Shown here: piece by piece, positions 34,625 through 59,662 of the stretch
How positions within the stretch are numbered: position 1 is the first letter of the stretch
Layout of the letters: every line of letters begins with the position of its first letter
DNA from: Amoebidium appalachense
Taxonomy: Eukaryota; Protista; Ichthyosporea
Reading direction: 5' to 3'
DNA: 64,000 nucleotides
NCBI GenBank assembly: GCA_963693365.1
Contig: CAVNZM010000006.1
Location: forward strand, 3,348,001 to 3,412,000
Made by a program: the position numbers and the translations under genes
Notes under the pieces: model-generated
What the model was told of the DNA's origin: nothing
The model's database searches: none
The model's input: the letters and a program-made list of their open reading frames with translations, nothing else

Positions 34625-35014
34625 GATCAGAATGTGGACCAGAAGGAAGTGAAGTTTGTTTGCATGTTACAAGTAAGCATATGCACAACTAACGACAAAA
34701 TCGACGTGTCTCAAGTATCTTTTTGACACTGTTCTATTCAGCAATTGGCCATTGCACAATTGCTGAATAGAACAGTGCACCTCACTCATTCAATCAGACA
34801 CCAATATGGTGTTAGGGTTTAAGTCGTAACTGAAGTCACACTACGTAATAGCGACTAGATGGGAAATCTGTCCTTTTCCGGCCAGCTAACTGGCAAACAA
34901 CGAACTAGAGACCCCATAGTCGGCCGGTGTTGGGTGGAACTTGCAGAGGGTCGCAAGGCCAACCTAATGCCTACTTCGTGGACCTCATGATAACCAAGCG
35001 GGCGCGCGCATGTG

Positions 35015-35076
<62 letters not shown>

Positions 35077-35711
35077 GTGTGTCTGCCTGTGCATTTGTGT
35101 GTCGTGCTTGCGTGTGTGCAAGCGCCCGTGCACTCAAACTCGTGTGTGTGCGGTGTGCCTGTGTTCTGTGGAAGATGTCCCACGGAAACTTTGCATATTC
35201 TGTGTACACACATGGTTACGATGAACTGCACCTCGCCTGCCTATGCATGGTAATGTTAAGTGTATGTGTTTGTGTGTTTGCACCTAGGTGTGTCTGTACA
35301 GTGGTGGTGACACCCACACCTAACACATCCGGCATGGATGCACACAGGCACCCACACACAGGACACCACCAGCATTCACACGCACACAACACATACACAC
35401 CCACCCACCGCCGACCGACCGACCCGCTCACACACACACACACACCCTGGCACACACACACACACACACACACATACCCTGCGAAGAGGCGTGCCGGGCT
35501 GGAGCCCCAGCGAGCCACGGGGCCAGTGCCGAGGGCCTGCATGAGCACACCGGCAGCCAGGCGCTGGGGGGAGGACAGGGCCACACCCTCAAAGCCCATG
35601 GCCACATAGTTGACACCGGTGGCGGCATCAAGGCGCACCTCCTGGCCACCCTGCACAGGGGAAAAAAGGGTGTTGGTGGCGTGATGGATGAAATGGAGGT
35701 TGAATTCGAGT

Positions 35712-35803
<92 letters not shown>

Positions 35804-38232
35804 GGGGGGGGGGGGGGAGGGGGGGGGGGGGGGGGAGAAAGGGAATTACAATGTCTTTTAGAGTACGAAGTACATATTTATAACCGACAACATAATGCAG
35901 AGAGCAAACCACACAGAGTATGCATGATAGGGAGGAGGAGAAAGAGGGGGGAGGGGGGAGGGGTTGGTTGGTCTAAAGAGTTGTGTTGTGCAACTCGGAG
36001 ATGTGATGGGCTGGGAAGTGTGTGGAACACCACGTGCAGAAGTACACGTGGGCAATAAATGGCCACCACCCCCACGTGCCACTGCACGCAACATGCATGC
36101 GCCTGACTGCAGTACCACAAACAAAAAAAATCTTGGGCCTGAGCAAAGTGCAGGTTTGCAAACCATGTTGATTTGCACAAACAAAATTAAACCGGTCCCC
36201 CCCCCCCCCCCCCCGTGGATATATGCCACCTAGCCCCCCCCCCCCCCCCCCCCCCCCCCAAAAAAAATGGAATCCCCTTCCTGAAAATCCTTACCTTGTA
36301 CTTGGCAGCCTGGCGAGTAGGGCGGGCACCCTTCTCGACAACGCCAAAGGCCTCACCAGCAAGGCTGAACAGCTGGTCGGGGGACACACCTGCAGCATGC
36401 ACACAGTGAGTGTGCAACAGATTGCACACAGTGAATGGGCACAACATGTGACAAGGCTAGCACATGCAAAACAAACATCCCTACACGAACAGTGAAAGGG
36501 AGCCATGATTTTAATTAATATGCAAATACCGGTGGCGGCGACAGCGGCATTTGAAGCGCTGTAGTGGGCCTTGATGAAAGCAGCCACGGACTCCGTGTCC
36601 ACCTCATCCACACGGTAGGAGGCAGGCAGCACGCTCTGTGACAGGGGGCCACGGAAGGCGGCAGCGTGCAGGGCCTCAATCACCTGTACGTGTACGTGTA
36701 CGTGTACGTGTGTGTGTGTGTGTGTGTGTGTCTGAGTGAGTGTGGGTTTGGGGGGTGGGTGGGCAGGGGGGAGGAGGGAGGGGAGTTTGCGAATAGAATG
36801 CAGCAGGATGTGTGTGTGTGTGTGCGTGTGTTAAGGTGTTAGACAGAGGGGTTAGTATGTGATGCAGAGTATGAAGTTCACATTCACTACGAACAACAAA
36901 AGTTGACATTGCAAAAAGTGCATGCAAGAAGAGTGCGTAAACGGCAGAGCCCATCATAAGAATCGCGGGCGAAGCCATCCACAGTAACCTAGTTTCGTAA
37001 GATAGATGGAGGGGGGGGTTTGAATGCGGAACACAAAGTACGCATACACGATGAGAAGCATGGTGCAGGACACATGCAAAGGCAAACATTCAAGTATGCA
37101 ACATCAGCCATGCGCACAGTATGCGTCATAAGCAGAGCCCATCCTCAGGGAGGGCCCAAGTCATCAATTGCGTCTGAGGGGGGGGGTATGCGTTGGAGGG
37201 TTGGACATAAGTAGGAGATACCAAAAGGACAGCAGGGGGAGGAGAGTTTGATCGGATAAGCCTAAAAAAAAATTTCAATCCTCAAGAGTGTGTCCCAACT
37301 TAACACATGCCCAAACAGTTGAGTCCCCCCGTCCCTCTTAACCCCCCCCCCCCTCCCCCCCCCCCAAAAAGAAAAAACGCACACACTGACACCAATGTGC
37401 CTACGCCTAGCCCTATGCAGGTGCGACACACACCCACACACACCCACACACACCCACACCCACCTGGAGGCTGGGGTCAGCAGCGGCGGCGTCGATCTCG
37501 AACTGCAGCTCCTCCTTGGACTGCTTCACGTCCCAGGCAAGGGGCTCATAGCGCCCACCAAGCTCCTCGGCAAGCAGACCAACAATGCGCGGCCTAAAAA
37601 GGAAATTGTGTGAGTGTAAATTGCATGAGATATGTCAGTTGCATATGCGGTTGGCGCTTGCATAGCCATAAAAAACTATGCCATCATTTCACGTAACGTC
37701 AAGATGACGTTGTTGTGATGTCTGGAATTTTGGACTTTACTAAGATGTATGATTGGCCTTGCCTACATGTAGTACGTTCTCCCCTTCTTAGAAAAAACAC
37801 TCGACATATGCTGACGTAGTCTCTGACGCGTGGTCGATTGATTACAAAACGTCACAATGCCGTAAACAGAAATACGATATCTCCATAGATTGATGGTGTA
37901 CATGTGCACAGCATGAAGGTTCTTTCTACTATCCACCCACATCGGTAACAGAGATACAGCAACTGTGTGGATACGCGCAATGTTTCTGCAATCATGTTTG
38001 CGAGTACGTGTGAGTGCATCCCTCATATGTATGTGCCTTGAGTGATTATTTTTGCCTTTACCCTTTGCACGTGTCGGTGCCGGTGTAAGCATGCGCACAC
38101 ACAAACACCTGTCTGTGTCTATATGCACATGTATGAATGAAAGCACGTTTAAGCGCAATTCCCATTTTAGACCTTCAGCACATTCATGTGTGTGTATGCA
38201 CAGCAGCCCAACTCTCCATGCACATTTGTATC

Positions 38233-38263
<31 letters not shown>

Positions 38264-40551
38264 ACAGGTTGTCCCTGCTGGCCTGGACTGTGAGGACGGT
38301 GGCCTCGCGGGAGGACGTAGCAGTGAGGTCACCGCCCAGGCGCTCAATCTCACGGGCAATGGCCAGCTGGGAGTGGAGGGGGGTGCTCTGTACACGTGCA
38401 CACAGTCAGTAAGAGGGTTGGTGTTGCAAAGTTTGCCATGTGGTGTTTAACGTAGTCGTGTCTATTATTTGTATGTCTCGTTGCTATGTGGCCACTAACA
38501 AGACACGGCGAAACACTTCTTGCACATGGCGTATGTGTGACCAGTACCAGTCGAACACTCTCTCTACTAGACACGAGCAGCAGATTGATATATGTGTCAT
38601 TTAACCAGGCCACCGAGGCTCTTCATCTTAACCTGTTAGCATATACACAATTAACCACTTTACAACTTGTTATATTCCCACCTCAAATAATATTCAAGCC
38701 AGCATCAGCCACACACTTGTCTTATCACATACACCATGCAACTGCATACATCCCAAACCTCCCACCCCACACCACCCACATGCATCCCACCTTGAATGCC
38801 AGGCGGCGGGCGACGGCAGACACACCGGTGTTGGTGGAGTTCTCATCACGAGAGCCGGCACCTGGGGGGTATAAATTCACGATGAGCACAAGATAATACC
38901 CCCCTCCATCCCAAAAAAAAAAATAAGAAAGAAAGAACAACACCACCTCCACCTTCCTCACAACAAGCACACCACACCCAACTTCTTCATATACCCCCCC
39001 CCCCCCCCCCCCCCTCTTCCATACCACACACACTGATTTTTTCGTTTTGCACCTCTGGTGCCGATCAGATCACACATTGGACACCCCAAACACTTTACCA
39101 CACGGTAACGCTTGTTCCCCTACAAGAGCCGTGTCTTCATTGCACACAAAAAAACAAGATTTTGCCTATAAACACTGCCATCCGTACCTAACAGAAACAT
39201 CCAGTGACAAGAACACTATCTTTCTCCAGAACAAATCATAGAGACCCTCTCGTCACACAAGCAACCATCATGCATCACCCACCGATCAGAAGGGAAACGC
39301 TGGCAACAGGGGAGTTAGTCTCCTGGGCAACGACGGTGAGGCCATTTGCGTGCTTGGACACCTTGGCGGCACCAACGGGGCTGGAGGCCTTGGTGCTCAC
39401 CCCGGGAAACTCCTCATCAAGAGGAACGGCAGACGCGCTGTACTGGCGCTGGAAAGGAAACATGGGTGAGGATGGGAGGAAATGACACTGAGTGGAGGGA
39501 AGGAAAACAGGAGAGGGGTGTGTGGAGAGTTATAAGGTGCAAGGACATACAACAAACACAACGCTGTAGAAGACGGGTGACCGGTAAGAGGAATGGAAGT
39601 TTAGTATGTGTGTGTGTGTTAAGGGGGAGCGGAGGGGGATAACTAGAAGTTCGAGTTGTAAGGGCAAGGTGTTAAGCTAAAAGAAGACAAACCATGTTCG
39701 CAAACGGAATAAAGAACGGGCTTATTTGTACAACTTCAAAAAAAAAGGACAAACGTGTGAGGCAATCCCATGAGAAGAGAGGTCGCCCATGCAAATCCAG
39801 AAGTTTAAGAGACACAGCCCAGACATAGTGTGTTTAGGTTGACTTTGGTACCAGCAACTGTTCCTCTTGTGTGTGTTGATAGCTTGTGCTTCAAACAAAC
39901 GAGAAACATGAGCCAGTCTCTCGGGATTCACCTCCCCGCGCCCCCCTCCCCCCCTAATCTTCGTTCCTAATATGGTTGAAGGCAGTTTTCAGGCTCTTGC
40001 AGAGACTCTCATATGATGCAATTCTAGTGCACATGCCACAAGCAAGAGTATACCCTTGGTACGGGGTCGATGATCAGTTCAGCCGGGAAGCCAACATTGA
40101 AAAAAATAGAAAGTATCCCTCCCAAGACGTGCTCAACTCCCTATAAAAGATTGCTACAGGAATTGTGAATAAGAATACACTAGCAGCTATTATTGCGCAA
40201 AAAAAAGTATGCCTCGTCGTTTTTGCTGCTGCCCGGTATAATCCCTCCACCGTTACCAGTCCATCCACCTCTCCAAAATGTATCTCACGTTACAAGGTCT
40301 TCTGTGATGGTGACGAACCTGCAACCGCTGTATATAACTAGAGCCTCCATTCACCAAAAAATACGTAAGCTAACTACTATAGAGATTTACTCTAGCAAGA
40401 TTTTGCGGAGGGAAGGTCGATACTCTTCCTCCTGCAAAAAAGATGGAGGAAAGTAAAAGATGTATAGAGGGGCTGCACATACCGTCCTCACCGCACAGAT
40501 CTGCGGTGCGAACCGCACGGAGGAGCGAGCGACGCGAGTGCTGACAGCCAT
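32995..40551 (-). CDS. UQCRC2: cytochrome bc1 complex core protein 2 (inactive M16 peptidase family member), 11 exons
   Basis: Exons 40551-40492, 39448-39283, 38861-38791, 38387-38266, 37593-37464, 36683-36530, 36389-36295, 35650-35478, 34533-34377, 33742-33560 and 33084-32995, all phase-consistent. Mitochondrial presequence MAVSTRVARSSVRF; motifs NGLTVVAQE, AGSRDE, EALHAAAFRG, SYSDAGLFGV and EVARAKAQLK; no HxxEH motif. Confidence 0.92.
34150..34245 (-). mobile_element. degenerate copy of the poly(C)-anchored repeat family
   Basis: Minus strand CGGTACAGTGGATGAA-Cn-GGCCTGAGGATGGACTCTGTTTATGTTGCATGCTCTTT. Confidence 0.7.
34727..34777. repeat. perfect 21-bp inverted repeat with a 9-nt spacer (minimal MITE-like hairpin)
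   Basis: CACTGTTCTATTCAGCAATTG-GCCATTGCA-CAATTGCTGAATAGAACAGTG. Confidence 0.9.
35850..35930 (-). mobile_element. 3' fragment of the poly(C)-anchored repeat family
   Basis: Minus strand TATCATGCATACTCTGTGTGGTTTGCTCTCTGCAT..GTACTTCGTACTCT..CATT. Confidence 0.65.
36880..37178 (-). mobile_element. two tandem copies of the poly(C)-anchored repeat family
   Basis: 37178-37018 reads CTCAGACGCAATTGATGACTTGGGCCCTCCCTGAGGATGGGCTCTGCTTATGACGCATACTG..CCGCATTCAAACCCCCC and is close to copy A. A degenerate GATGGGCTCTGC copy lies at 36960-36880. Confidence 0.85.
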
Positions 40552-41862
40552 TGTTTCTTTTAACACAAGCAGAGACAACTCCTGTGACCCTCTCTCTCTA
40601 CACCCACACGCACACGGCTCGACACGCACACACAGCCTTTGGTGGCCGTTCTTTTGCCGGACGTGCGCCCGCCTGCTGCTGCCACGCCGCACTAAGCGGG
40701 TCAATCGGGTCGGGTTGTAAGGTTCGGTTCGCTGCAAGTCAACACATCTGAAAGGTGGTTTTTAAGTTCTGAAGGTTGCTTTTTGGTAAAGCCGGCACAC
40801 ATATTCATATGCTTTACCAGTAAGTAGGAATATAGAATTAGATATATTTTTTTGGGCCTTTTCGTTCAAAGTGTTTTATTGTTTCTTGACATATCGGCTC
40901 CCATTGATTTCCATAAGGTAATCGACCCGTTTGACGTCTTGAGGTTAGCCCAGCAAGGCCTGTTTTAAAGAAGAACCCAAATAAGGTAAAAGGCAAATAT
41001 TGGCGCAATTTTTACGCATACGCAGAGTCGGAACGGTTATGTACGCTCGTGTACCTCAGCGTTCAACCGGCGGTGAAGGAGAGAACTTTGTGTGTGGGAA
41101 GAGAGGACATAGACAAAATCCCACACAGAAACTTGCTCAGCCTGCACGCGCGTCTACACCCGCACAAGCGCACACGCACGCACACACCCATAAACAGACC
41201 CCCCCCCCCCCGCCCTCCCCTCTCCCCCCCCCCCCCCCCCCGGACAAAGTTTCGGCTGTGGTGTTTGATAAGTGAGATAGTAGAAAACGGCCCCAACTGA
41301 GAACGGGTTTAGTTTCACCACTTGAGCAGAGACAACAACGCGGCGCTGCTGTATGCTGTAGCATTGTTATCAATTCACACCATGGATGCAGGTAGGGTTT
41401 GTGGTTGTTGCCCGTTTGCTCCTGCTAGGCCAGTGAGAAGTCAAAACTCGTTAACATGAACACCTCACACTTTTGCATTGATTTATATTGCAGTTGCGTT
41501 ACACTTTTGGTGATGAAACTGGCAGAAGAGATTGTAAGGAGGGTGAGGGAGATAGGGGAAGGCATTGGTTAAAGGGGCGGAGGGAAGATGTTCTTGGATC
41601 ATCGGTGTTAGCAAGGGGCCTTTCCCACCAGCCCTTATCTAGGCGGCTATCCGTTCTCTCACACTGTCTTTGCCGCTACCTGCTCCTTTTTGTCACTGCT
41701 GTACAAGTCTTTTTCTCCAGTTGAGGACGATGAAGCACCTGATTAACTTGCCACTTATCATTCCCCTTCGTTTCCTCTCCCACCCCACTTTCCCCCGCAC
41801 CCACAGGCACAAACCTGCACACACTACCGTTTCACACGTGTGCTGTTGCTGCTGTTAACTCC

Positions 41863-41973
41863 TACTATTTCGCTTATTTATCAAACTATCACCACCCACA
41901 GTAGACAGTTTGACCCGTTGCCAGACGTACTATTTCGCTTATTTATCAAACTATCACCACCCACAGTAAACAG

Positions 41974-41992
<19 letters not shown>
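41863..41992 (+). repeat. 65-bp tandem duplication of the splice acceptor and F-box start
   Basis: TACTATTTCGCTTATTTATCAAACTATCACCACCCACAGTArACAGTTTGACCCGTTGCCAGACG twice, with 1 mismatch. Confidence 0.95.
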
Positions 41993-46248
<4,256 letters not shown>

Positions 46249-46377
46249 TGTGCGAATGTTATAATATGTTTAGTCGCTGAGCTGGGTATAAATAGCTGTG
46301 GGTGCTACAAGTGTGTCTATTCCATTGCGTGTGTCTATTCCATTGCTTATTCTTCTTTCCTTCCTTCTTTCTTTTTT

Positions 46378-46414
<37 letters not shown>

Positions 46415-46666
46415 GAATTGTACTTTTTTTCTTTTCCTTGCTCTTGAATATTAATATTTCTCTCAAGGCGCCATCGTACTCTGCAAAGTTCTTCTGTTTT
46501 TGAACTTTTTTTTTTTTTTGCTCTTTTGGCTTTAGTAAGCGTTCTTGTACAGTATGACCGTTACATGCTCAGCTTTTTCATGCGCAATTCAAAATATTTC
46601 AGTTGTTGTTTGCAGATAACTGCACCTTTCTCTCTGATCAGAACTGATACGAACGAGATATCCCCC

Positions 46667-46705
<39 letters not shown>

Positions 46706-47263
46706 CCCCTTCCCCAAAGAGGTGACTGTAATTATGATCAAACCATTAGTGACTCAGTTTTCTATGTTTCAGATCACTCCCTCCCTAAAGGCTTCTTCTG
46801 AGAGATGCAACCAGTATAGTATTACGTACCAGCTATGTATGTGAGTATTGTTTATATCTGTGTTTGTTCCTTATGATTCACAACAAGGTTATAGTTAACG
46901 TTCACTACCACGTGTGCTGTGCGCGTGTGTAGTATTAGTCAGTTCACTTGACCGTTTGACTAAAAGATTCAGGCAATATATTTCCTTATTGTCCGACTTG
47001 ACGGTTGTTTTAAAATCCTTTTGGCCATTCACAATTTCTATCCCGGGCCCCAGGCATGCGCCACCACCAAATTCGAAAGCTTAAGGGGGGAAAAAAGAAA
47101 TGTGTGTACATGTGTGTGTGTGTGTGTGTACGTGTGTGTGTGTGTGTGTGTGTGTGTGACGTATCAAGTTTGAATATATAAAAAATGGTTCTCGTAGGCC
47201 TATATTTTTGTACATGTGCAGCGCTGTAGAGTTCTGCAGCTGAGGGCACTCGTGTAGTAGTAC

Positions 47264-47301
47264 CAAAGCCTCCTAAATGGAGTGCTATTTAGGAGGCCTT
47301 G
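47264..47301. mobile_element. 38-bp hAT-like micro-MITE with an 8-bp TSD
   Basis: AGTAGTAC-[CAAAGCCTCCTAAATGG AGTG CTATTTAGGAGGCCTTG]-AGTAGTAC: 17-bp imperfect TIRs, CA..TG ends and an exact 8-bp flanking duplication. Confidence 0.8.
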
Positions 47302-48079
47302 AGTAGTACACGCGTGTGGCTTTTCAAGAAGTGTTTCAAGAATCAAGTTGAACGCGCGAATTGCTTTGATTGGTAGTCACTTTGAGTGCTGTCTCCCTGC
47401 GGCCTGGCTCAACATACCTTCGTCCCGCGGCGTGGTTGTGCTGAGCCAGCTCAGCCACCAGTAAGCCAGTGGGTACATAGCCTTGGAGACTATTTGATTG
47501 GAGCAAATAGGTAATTGGCGGGAAACGGATTCGCACCAAGTCTCAAACACGTGCACTTACGCGGGTATAAATAAGAACATGCACCTAAAGGTCTTTCCCG
47601 TGGATCCACCCCCCCCCCCCCTCCCACCTCTCCCTTCCCCGGGGCCCCATACTATGATATCTAGGCCCAATATTATATGCCCCTTCCCCCCCCCCCCCCC
47701 CCCCTCTCCGGATCCCCGGACCCCACTTCCCTACCCGGAGGCTCGAGAGCTCCCCCCTTTCCCCCCCCCCCCCCCCCAAAGGCTTACGGGGGCCCTTCTT
47801 CATTAAGGGGGAGGGGGTGGGGGTGGGGGTGGGGGGGAGGGAAGTGGAAGGCGGGGGTGGATGCATGTCAGCCTAGGTGAATTCAATTGTTTAACTCCAG
47901 TGTACAGGACTGGTCTAAAGGCTTAAGAAAACAACGAGGAAATGGGGTCCAGTGGAGGTGGTGGTGGTGTTCTGTGTATGTGTGTACACGTGCACGTATG
48001 TGTGTGGTTTTTTGGGGGGGTGAGTGGTGGTGGTGGTGGTGGTGGTGGTCACCGTGGTGGTGTTGTGTGTGTCTGGTGT

Positions 48080-48139
<60 letters not shown>

Positions 48140-49323
48140 AGAAAGAAAATCTGCTCGTGGGTCACTGTTTTTCGTCACTGTATTTGTAACGGACCGCTCA
48201 TATTTATAAAACTACTTTAAGTACACGTGTTCATTATCATATACGATGGCCAAATATAGAAATTTTGGCGTCGAAGTTCTTGGAGCTAAAAAAACGTTTG
48301 AAAGGGGGAAATAATTGCTTGGCCCCAAATTTACCTTGCCATTTTTAGCGAATGTATTTCTAGTAATTCAGTGAGTGCACGTGCCTGCCTCAGGCTGATC
48401 GTCATGACAACTGCAACACACCATTCCTACATGGATATCAACCAAAGGAAAATACTATCTACTGTGGTGGTCTCTATAAACCTTGTGCGGCATGCGAATA
48501 CATGGTATTACAGTGACGCATGTGCATATTATTGTTCTGTACATCGGAGTGTGCACGTGGTGCACGTGGCTGTTTTGTGCATATGTTACAATAGCAGCAC
48601 GATTTCCCTAAACCCCATGTTTACACATCCCTCACCCTGGCTCTGCCTTGTCGGTGCTCCAAAACACACACACAAATCCCCCTAGACTCAGTGCCTGCAC
48701 ATGGTCGCATTCACGTGCAGGTCACGTGACACATGCAATGCCATACTGCCGTCTAGAGCAACAACCACGGCAGCATGTATACCGGCCCAGCACGAAATAT
48801 ACTTATAGGCAGCCCACTGAACTCGCCCATTTTCTCTTTTTCATGTATGACCCTGCTTTTTTGTGAAATCACCCTTTTTGGCCTCCCGGTAGTGAATTTT
48901 GCAGGATTTGACTTCTTTGAGGTCAAAAAACCTCAAAATTTCCCCGGCGGGGCCGGGGAGGGAGAATTCAAAAATTGCCCGCTCCTGATATGGTACCCGG
49001 GCCACCGTAAGCACGGTACAGGTCATGGTGACTCATTGATGGGGCCTACTCGTCCGACGAGTCTCGTCGTCGATCGCAATTTTGCTCGGGGCGCCTGCAA
49101 CGCCCCTCGTCTAGCTCCGCCCCCCGCCCCACCACCACCACCACAACCACCACCACCTGCCACCACCAGTGGCACCACCACCACCACCACCACCACCACC
49201 ACCACAATGCTTGATCCATTTCCCCTCCATCGGGTCCCCTCTCTTAATTCTCCCCTCCCCCCCCCTCCCCCCCCCCCCCCCCCCTTCCCCCGGGCCACCC
49301 TCTCCCCCCCCTCCCCCGCCCAC

Positions 49324-49428
<105 letters not shown>

Positions 49429-49781
49429 AGTACTGACACCGTACACACACAGACACACATTGCCACACGCACAAAAGAAAACTTTGAAAAAATAGTAAAC
49501 CGTTATTATTCTTGAACACAGCACAGTACTGTGATGTTCTGACACAAACACACACGCGCACGCTCGCGTGCATGCACACACACACGCCCAACTGCGCGTG
49601 CCGCACCTGCATGCACGGACCGTCATGCAGGCACACAAATACAGGACACAAACATAACGGGTTTAATTCAGTGACACACACGCTAACAGACACAAACGAG
49701 AACTAAAGACAATGGGACTGGCACACGCACGCACTCATGTACGCAGTGCGCGGCACGTATGCACGCACGCACGCACGCGCG

Positions 49782-49884
<103 letters not shown>

Positions 49885-51307
49885 CACACACACACACACA
49901 CACATGTATGCACGCACACACGCACGCAGGCACATCATAAAGATTGCACGCACACACATACGCTGCAATACATACCATACGTTTATTTTACATACCGTAA
50001 TTATTCATACATAGTATACACGTACGTGCAGGTAGTCTGGACTAGCATACATATACAAACACGGATGCGTTCACCGCCACCGTGTTCTCTAGGCATGGTG
50101 GCACATCACACATCATGATGCACGCCAACTTGCAGACCGTCTAAGTGTGACACACAAACGGTTTTCCCTCTCATTGACAAGTTTACTCTCTCACCTCAAA
50201 CCCCCCTCCCCCCCTCCCCCCCTCCCCCCCCCCCCCCCCCCGGGCCCCCGCGCCGCCCCTGCCCCCTCTCCCCTCACACACACACACCAGCTCCAATGCG
50301 TGCGCTCTCTCACTGTCTCCCCATGCCGGCGTCCTTTCTGGAGCGACACGTGCATCATGGCGTGGATTTCATACAACGCACACGCATAGTTGGAAATATG
50401 CATGCCACATAAAACACATGACCATGTGTGTCTCATGCACATAGCCGCAAGAGGGCACAGAAAAACGGCCAAACTAGTACTTGATCACGGTTATCGTAGC
50501 ACATCGTCAACACACACAACTTACTCAGAGGCTACACATTCTTAAAGGTGCATGTGGGCAAATATTCGAAAAACTTTCATTTAACTTATGACATATGAAT
50601 TTAAAAAAACGGATGGATACGATCGATTTCGGCTGACAAACAAGCAAAATTATTAAAACCAGATTGCACCAATCACTGTTTGAAGGGCTGCCCACTTGCC
50701 AAAACGAAGGTAAGAATTCCAAGTTGGTGGGTGGTCCAGTTGCAGGAGGAAGGGGCTTGAGAGGTGCACATGTAGTCAGATATGCTCAGTAGCCTGAGGG
50801 GACGGGGGCACACCGTGACGGGGAAGGGGAGGGGAGAGGGGGGAGGGGGGGGGGGGGGGGGGAGGGAGGGAGGGAGGTTGGGGGCAGGAAGAGAGGGGAG
50901 CCGGGGAAATGGGGGGAGGGGTCTGCACAGGAGTTCTCGAGTATGCCGCAGGCCGCATCCGCTAGGCCTGCTCCGAACCACCAGGGGGTCCCCCATCTCC
51001 CCTAGTAGGCCTCGGAGTCTCCCTTGCCCCACCCCCCTCCCATCCAGAGGGGACACCGCCGCCACCTATTAGATAAGGAAGTTCTTGCGCATGCAGTTAG
51101 CGTACCGTTGTCCGGGCTTGTGCTGTGGATCTAATAGTAGAGTTTACTACAAGGCACAAAGAGTTGAATTTGTAAGGATGGGCCGTTACAAGAAAGCCTT
51201 TATTAGTAGGCTCTGTATACCCGGCGGCCCGGAGCACCCCCCTCCCCTCCGCCCCCCTCTCCTTCCCCCCGGCCCCTCCCTCTCCCCTTCCCCAGATCTT
51301 CTCCAAG

Positions 51308-51343
<36 letters not shown>

Positions 51344-52086
51344 TCCTTCCCCCCGGCCCCTCCCCTCTCCCCTTCCCCAGATCTTCTCCAAGCCCTCCCC
51401 CCCCCCCCCCCCCCCCTCTCCCCCTCCCCCCCCTCCCCCCCCCCCCCCAAAAAAAAAAAAAAAAAAAAAAATTTCTCGGCCCTGCGGCTTCTCTTCTCTG
51501 GCATATACAACAGTACCGCTGGCGGCGCAGCGTACTGAGACCAGTGAAGCCTTCGTTAGGGCGAGAACAGAGAAACTATTTTCACACCCTGGAGTCCGGC
51601 AGGGCGGCTCACAGGAATACGCATTTGATTGGCTTAGAGAGCATCGGCCAGATTTTTGCGCGATTACGCAACAGGTCTTTGGACCAGAGGGTTTTCGACG
51701 GCAGAGTGGCTCGGCGGTACACTGCTATGGGGCCTTTTTTCTGGCATAAATATTAGGAATACGGAGTCCCCTTTCACTTTTCGCATTATTTGCCCGGAAA
51801 AGATAATAATAAATGTGGGGTGATTCGCCATTTCATGTTTTGCATATTAATATAAGGGTACAATAGTGCGCTCCTAGCGACCCCTGGCACGTGCACGTCT
51901 ATTGATCGATATCGTGTTCACAGCTTGCCGACGGTCCCGGCTCCCGACCCAGTCTAAAGATCAACTTGTAATGTTTTTGGACCAGTAACAACGCTTGTTT
52001 TTTGTTTTTTTGTGGCTCACGTACGCAAACACTTTGGACTCCGCTGTGCTCTATTTATGAACTTTCCCGCAGCTACCAATCTCACA

Positions 52087-52119
<33 letters not shown>

Positions 52120-52514
52120 CGCTTCATGAACAAAAAACCAAACTGATTCATTTCAGTTTGCTCACTTGCTCAGTTTGCTCACTTGAGTTTAAGTGAGGTT
52201 TCAGGCACTTATAGGAAGCCTTGAAATATATACATTTGCGGACGAACAGATAAAAAACAGCTACGAACGAATGGCACATGCAACACTTAGGACTAGTTGC
52301 TGATTATGACATCAGGCTGTGCATATATGCAATATCCAATTTGGTGGCATGCTATATCACTGTACATTTAGGTTGGTTGAAGAACGTGAACTGGCACCTA
52401 GGACGTTTTTTAGCTACAGCACGCAGGGCAATTATATGAATTCATTGAGCTCTGTGTGTTAGATGTATGAGATAACTTCTTCTACCTGCATGTGGAGACA
52501 AAGTTGACTGAAAA

Positions 52515-59354
<6,840 letters not shown>

Positions 59355-59606
59355 AATTGCAATTGATAATGGGGACTAGGGGTGGGGTTTAGGTTTTTAC
59401 CGTTTGGGTTTTTTATGAATAATCTTTTTTGTGTCAGAACCACATGCTCACACACCCATGCAACAATTTTCTATTTTTATGTTTATGGTTAAAAGAATAA
59501 ACTGTTTACGTGACTATGGATGTCGAGCAACAATGATGAAACCAACACTCGTCGCTAATATTCATTTTCTTCTCTGCACTTTATTCAAAAATTTCCGACC
59601 TTAACC

Positions 59607-59662
<56 letters not shown>

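Noticed and set aside
37100-37172. C/D-box snoRNA pattern (TGATGA..CTGA..CTGA) on the minus strand
   Set aside because: The boxes are not conserved across family copies and the terminal stem is weak.
50673-51756. Possible coding or transposon remnant, including a duplicated ~55-bp C-rich unit at 51257-51394
   Set aside because: No recognisable domain or splice structure.
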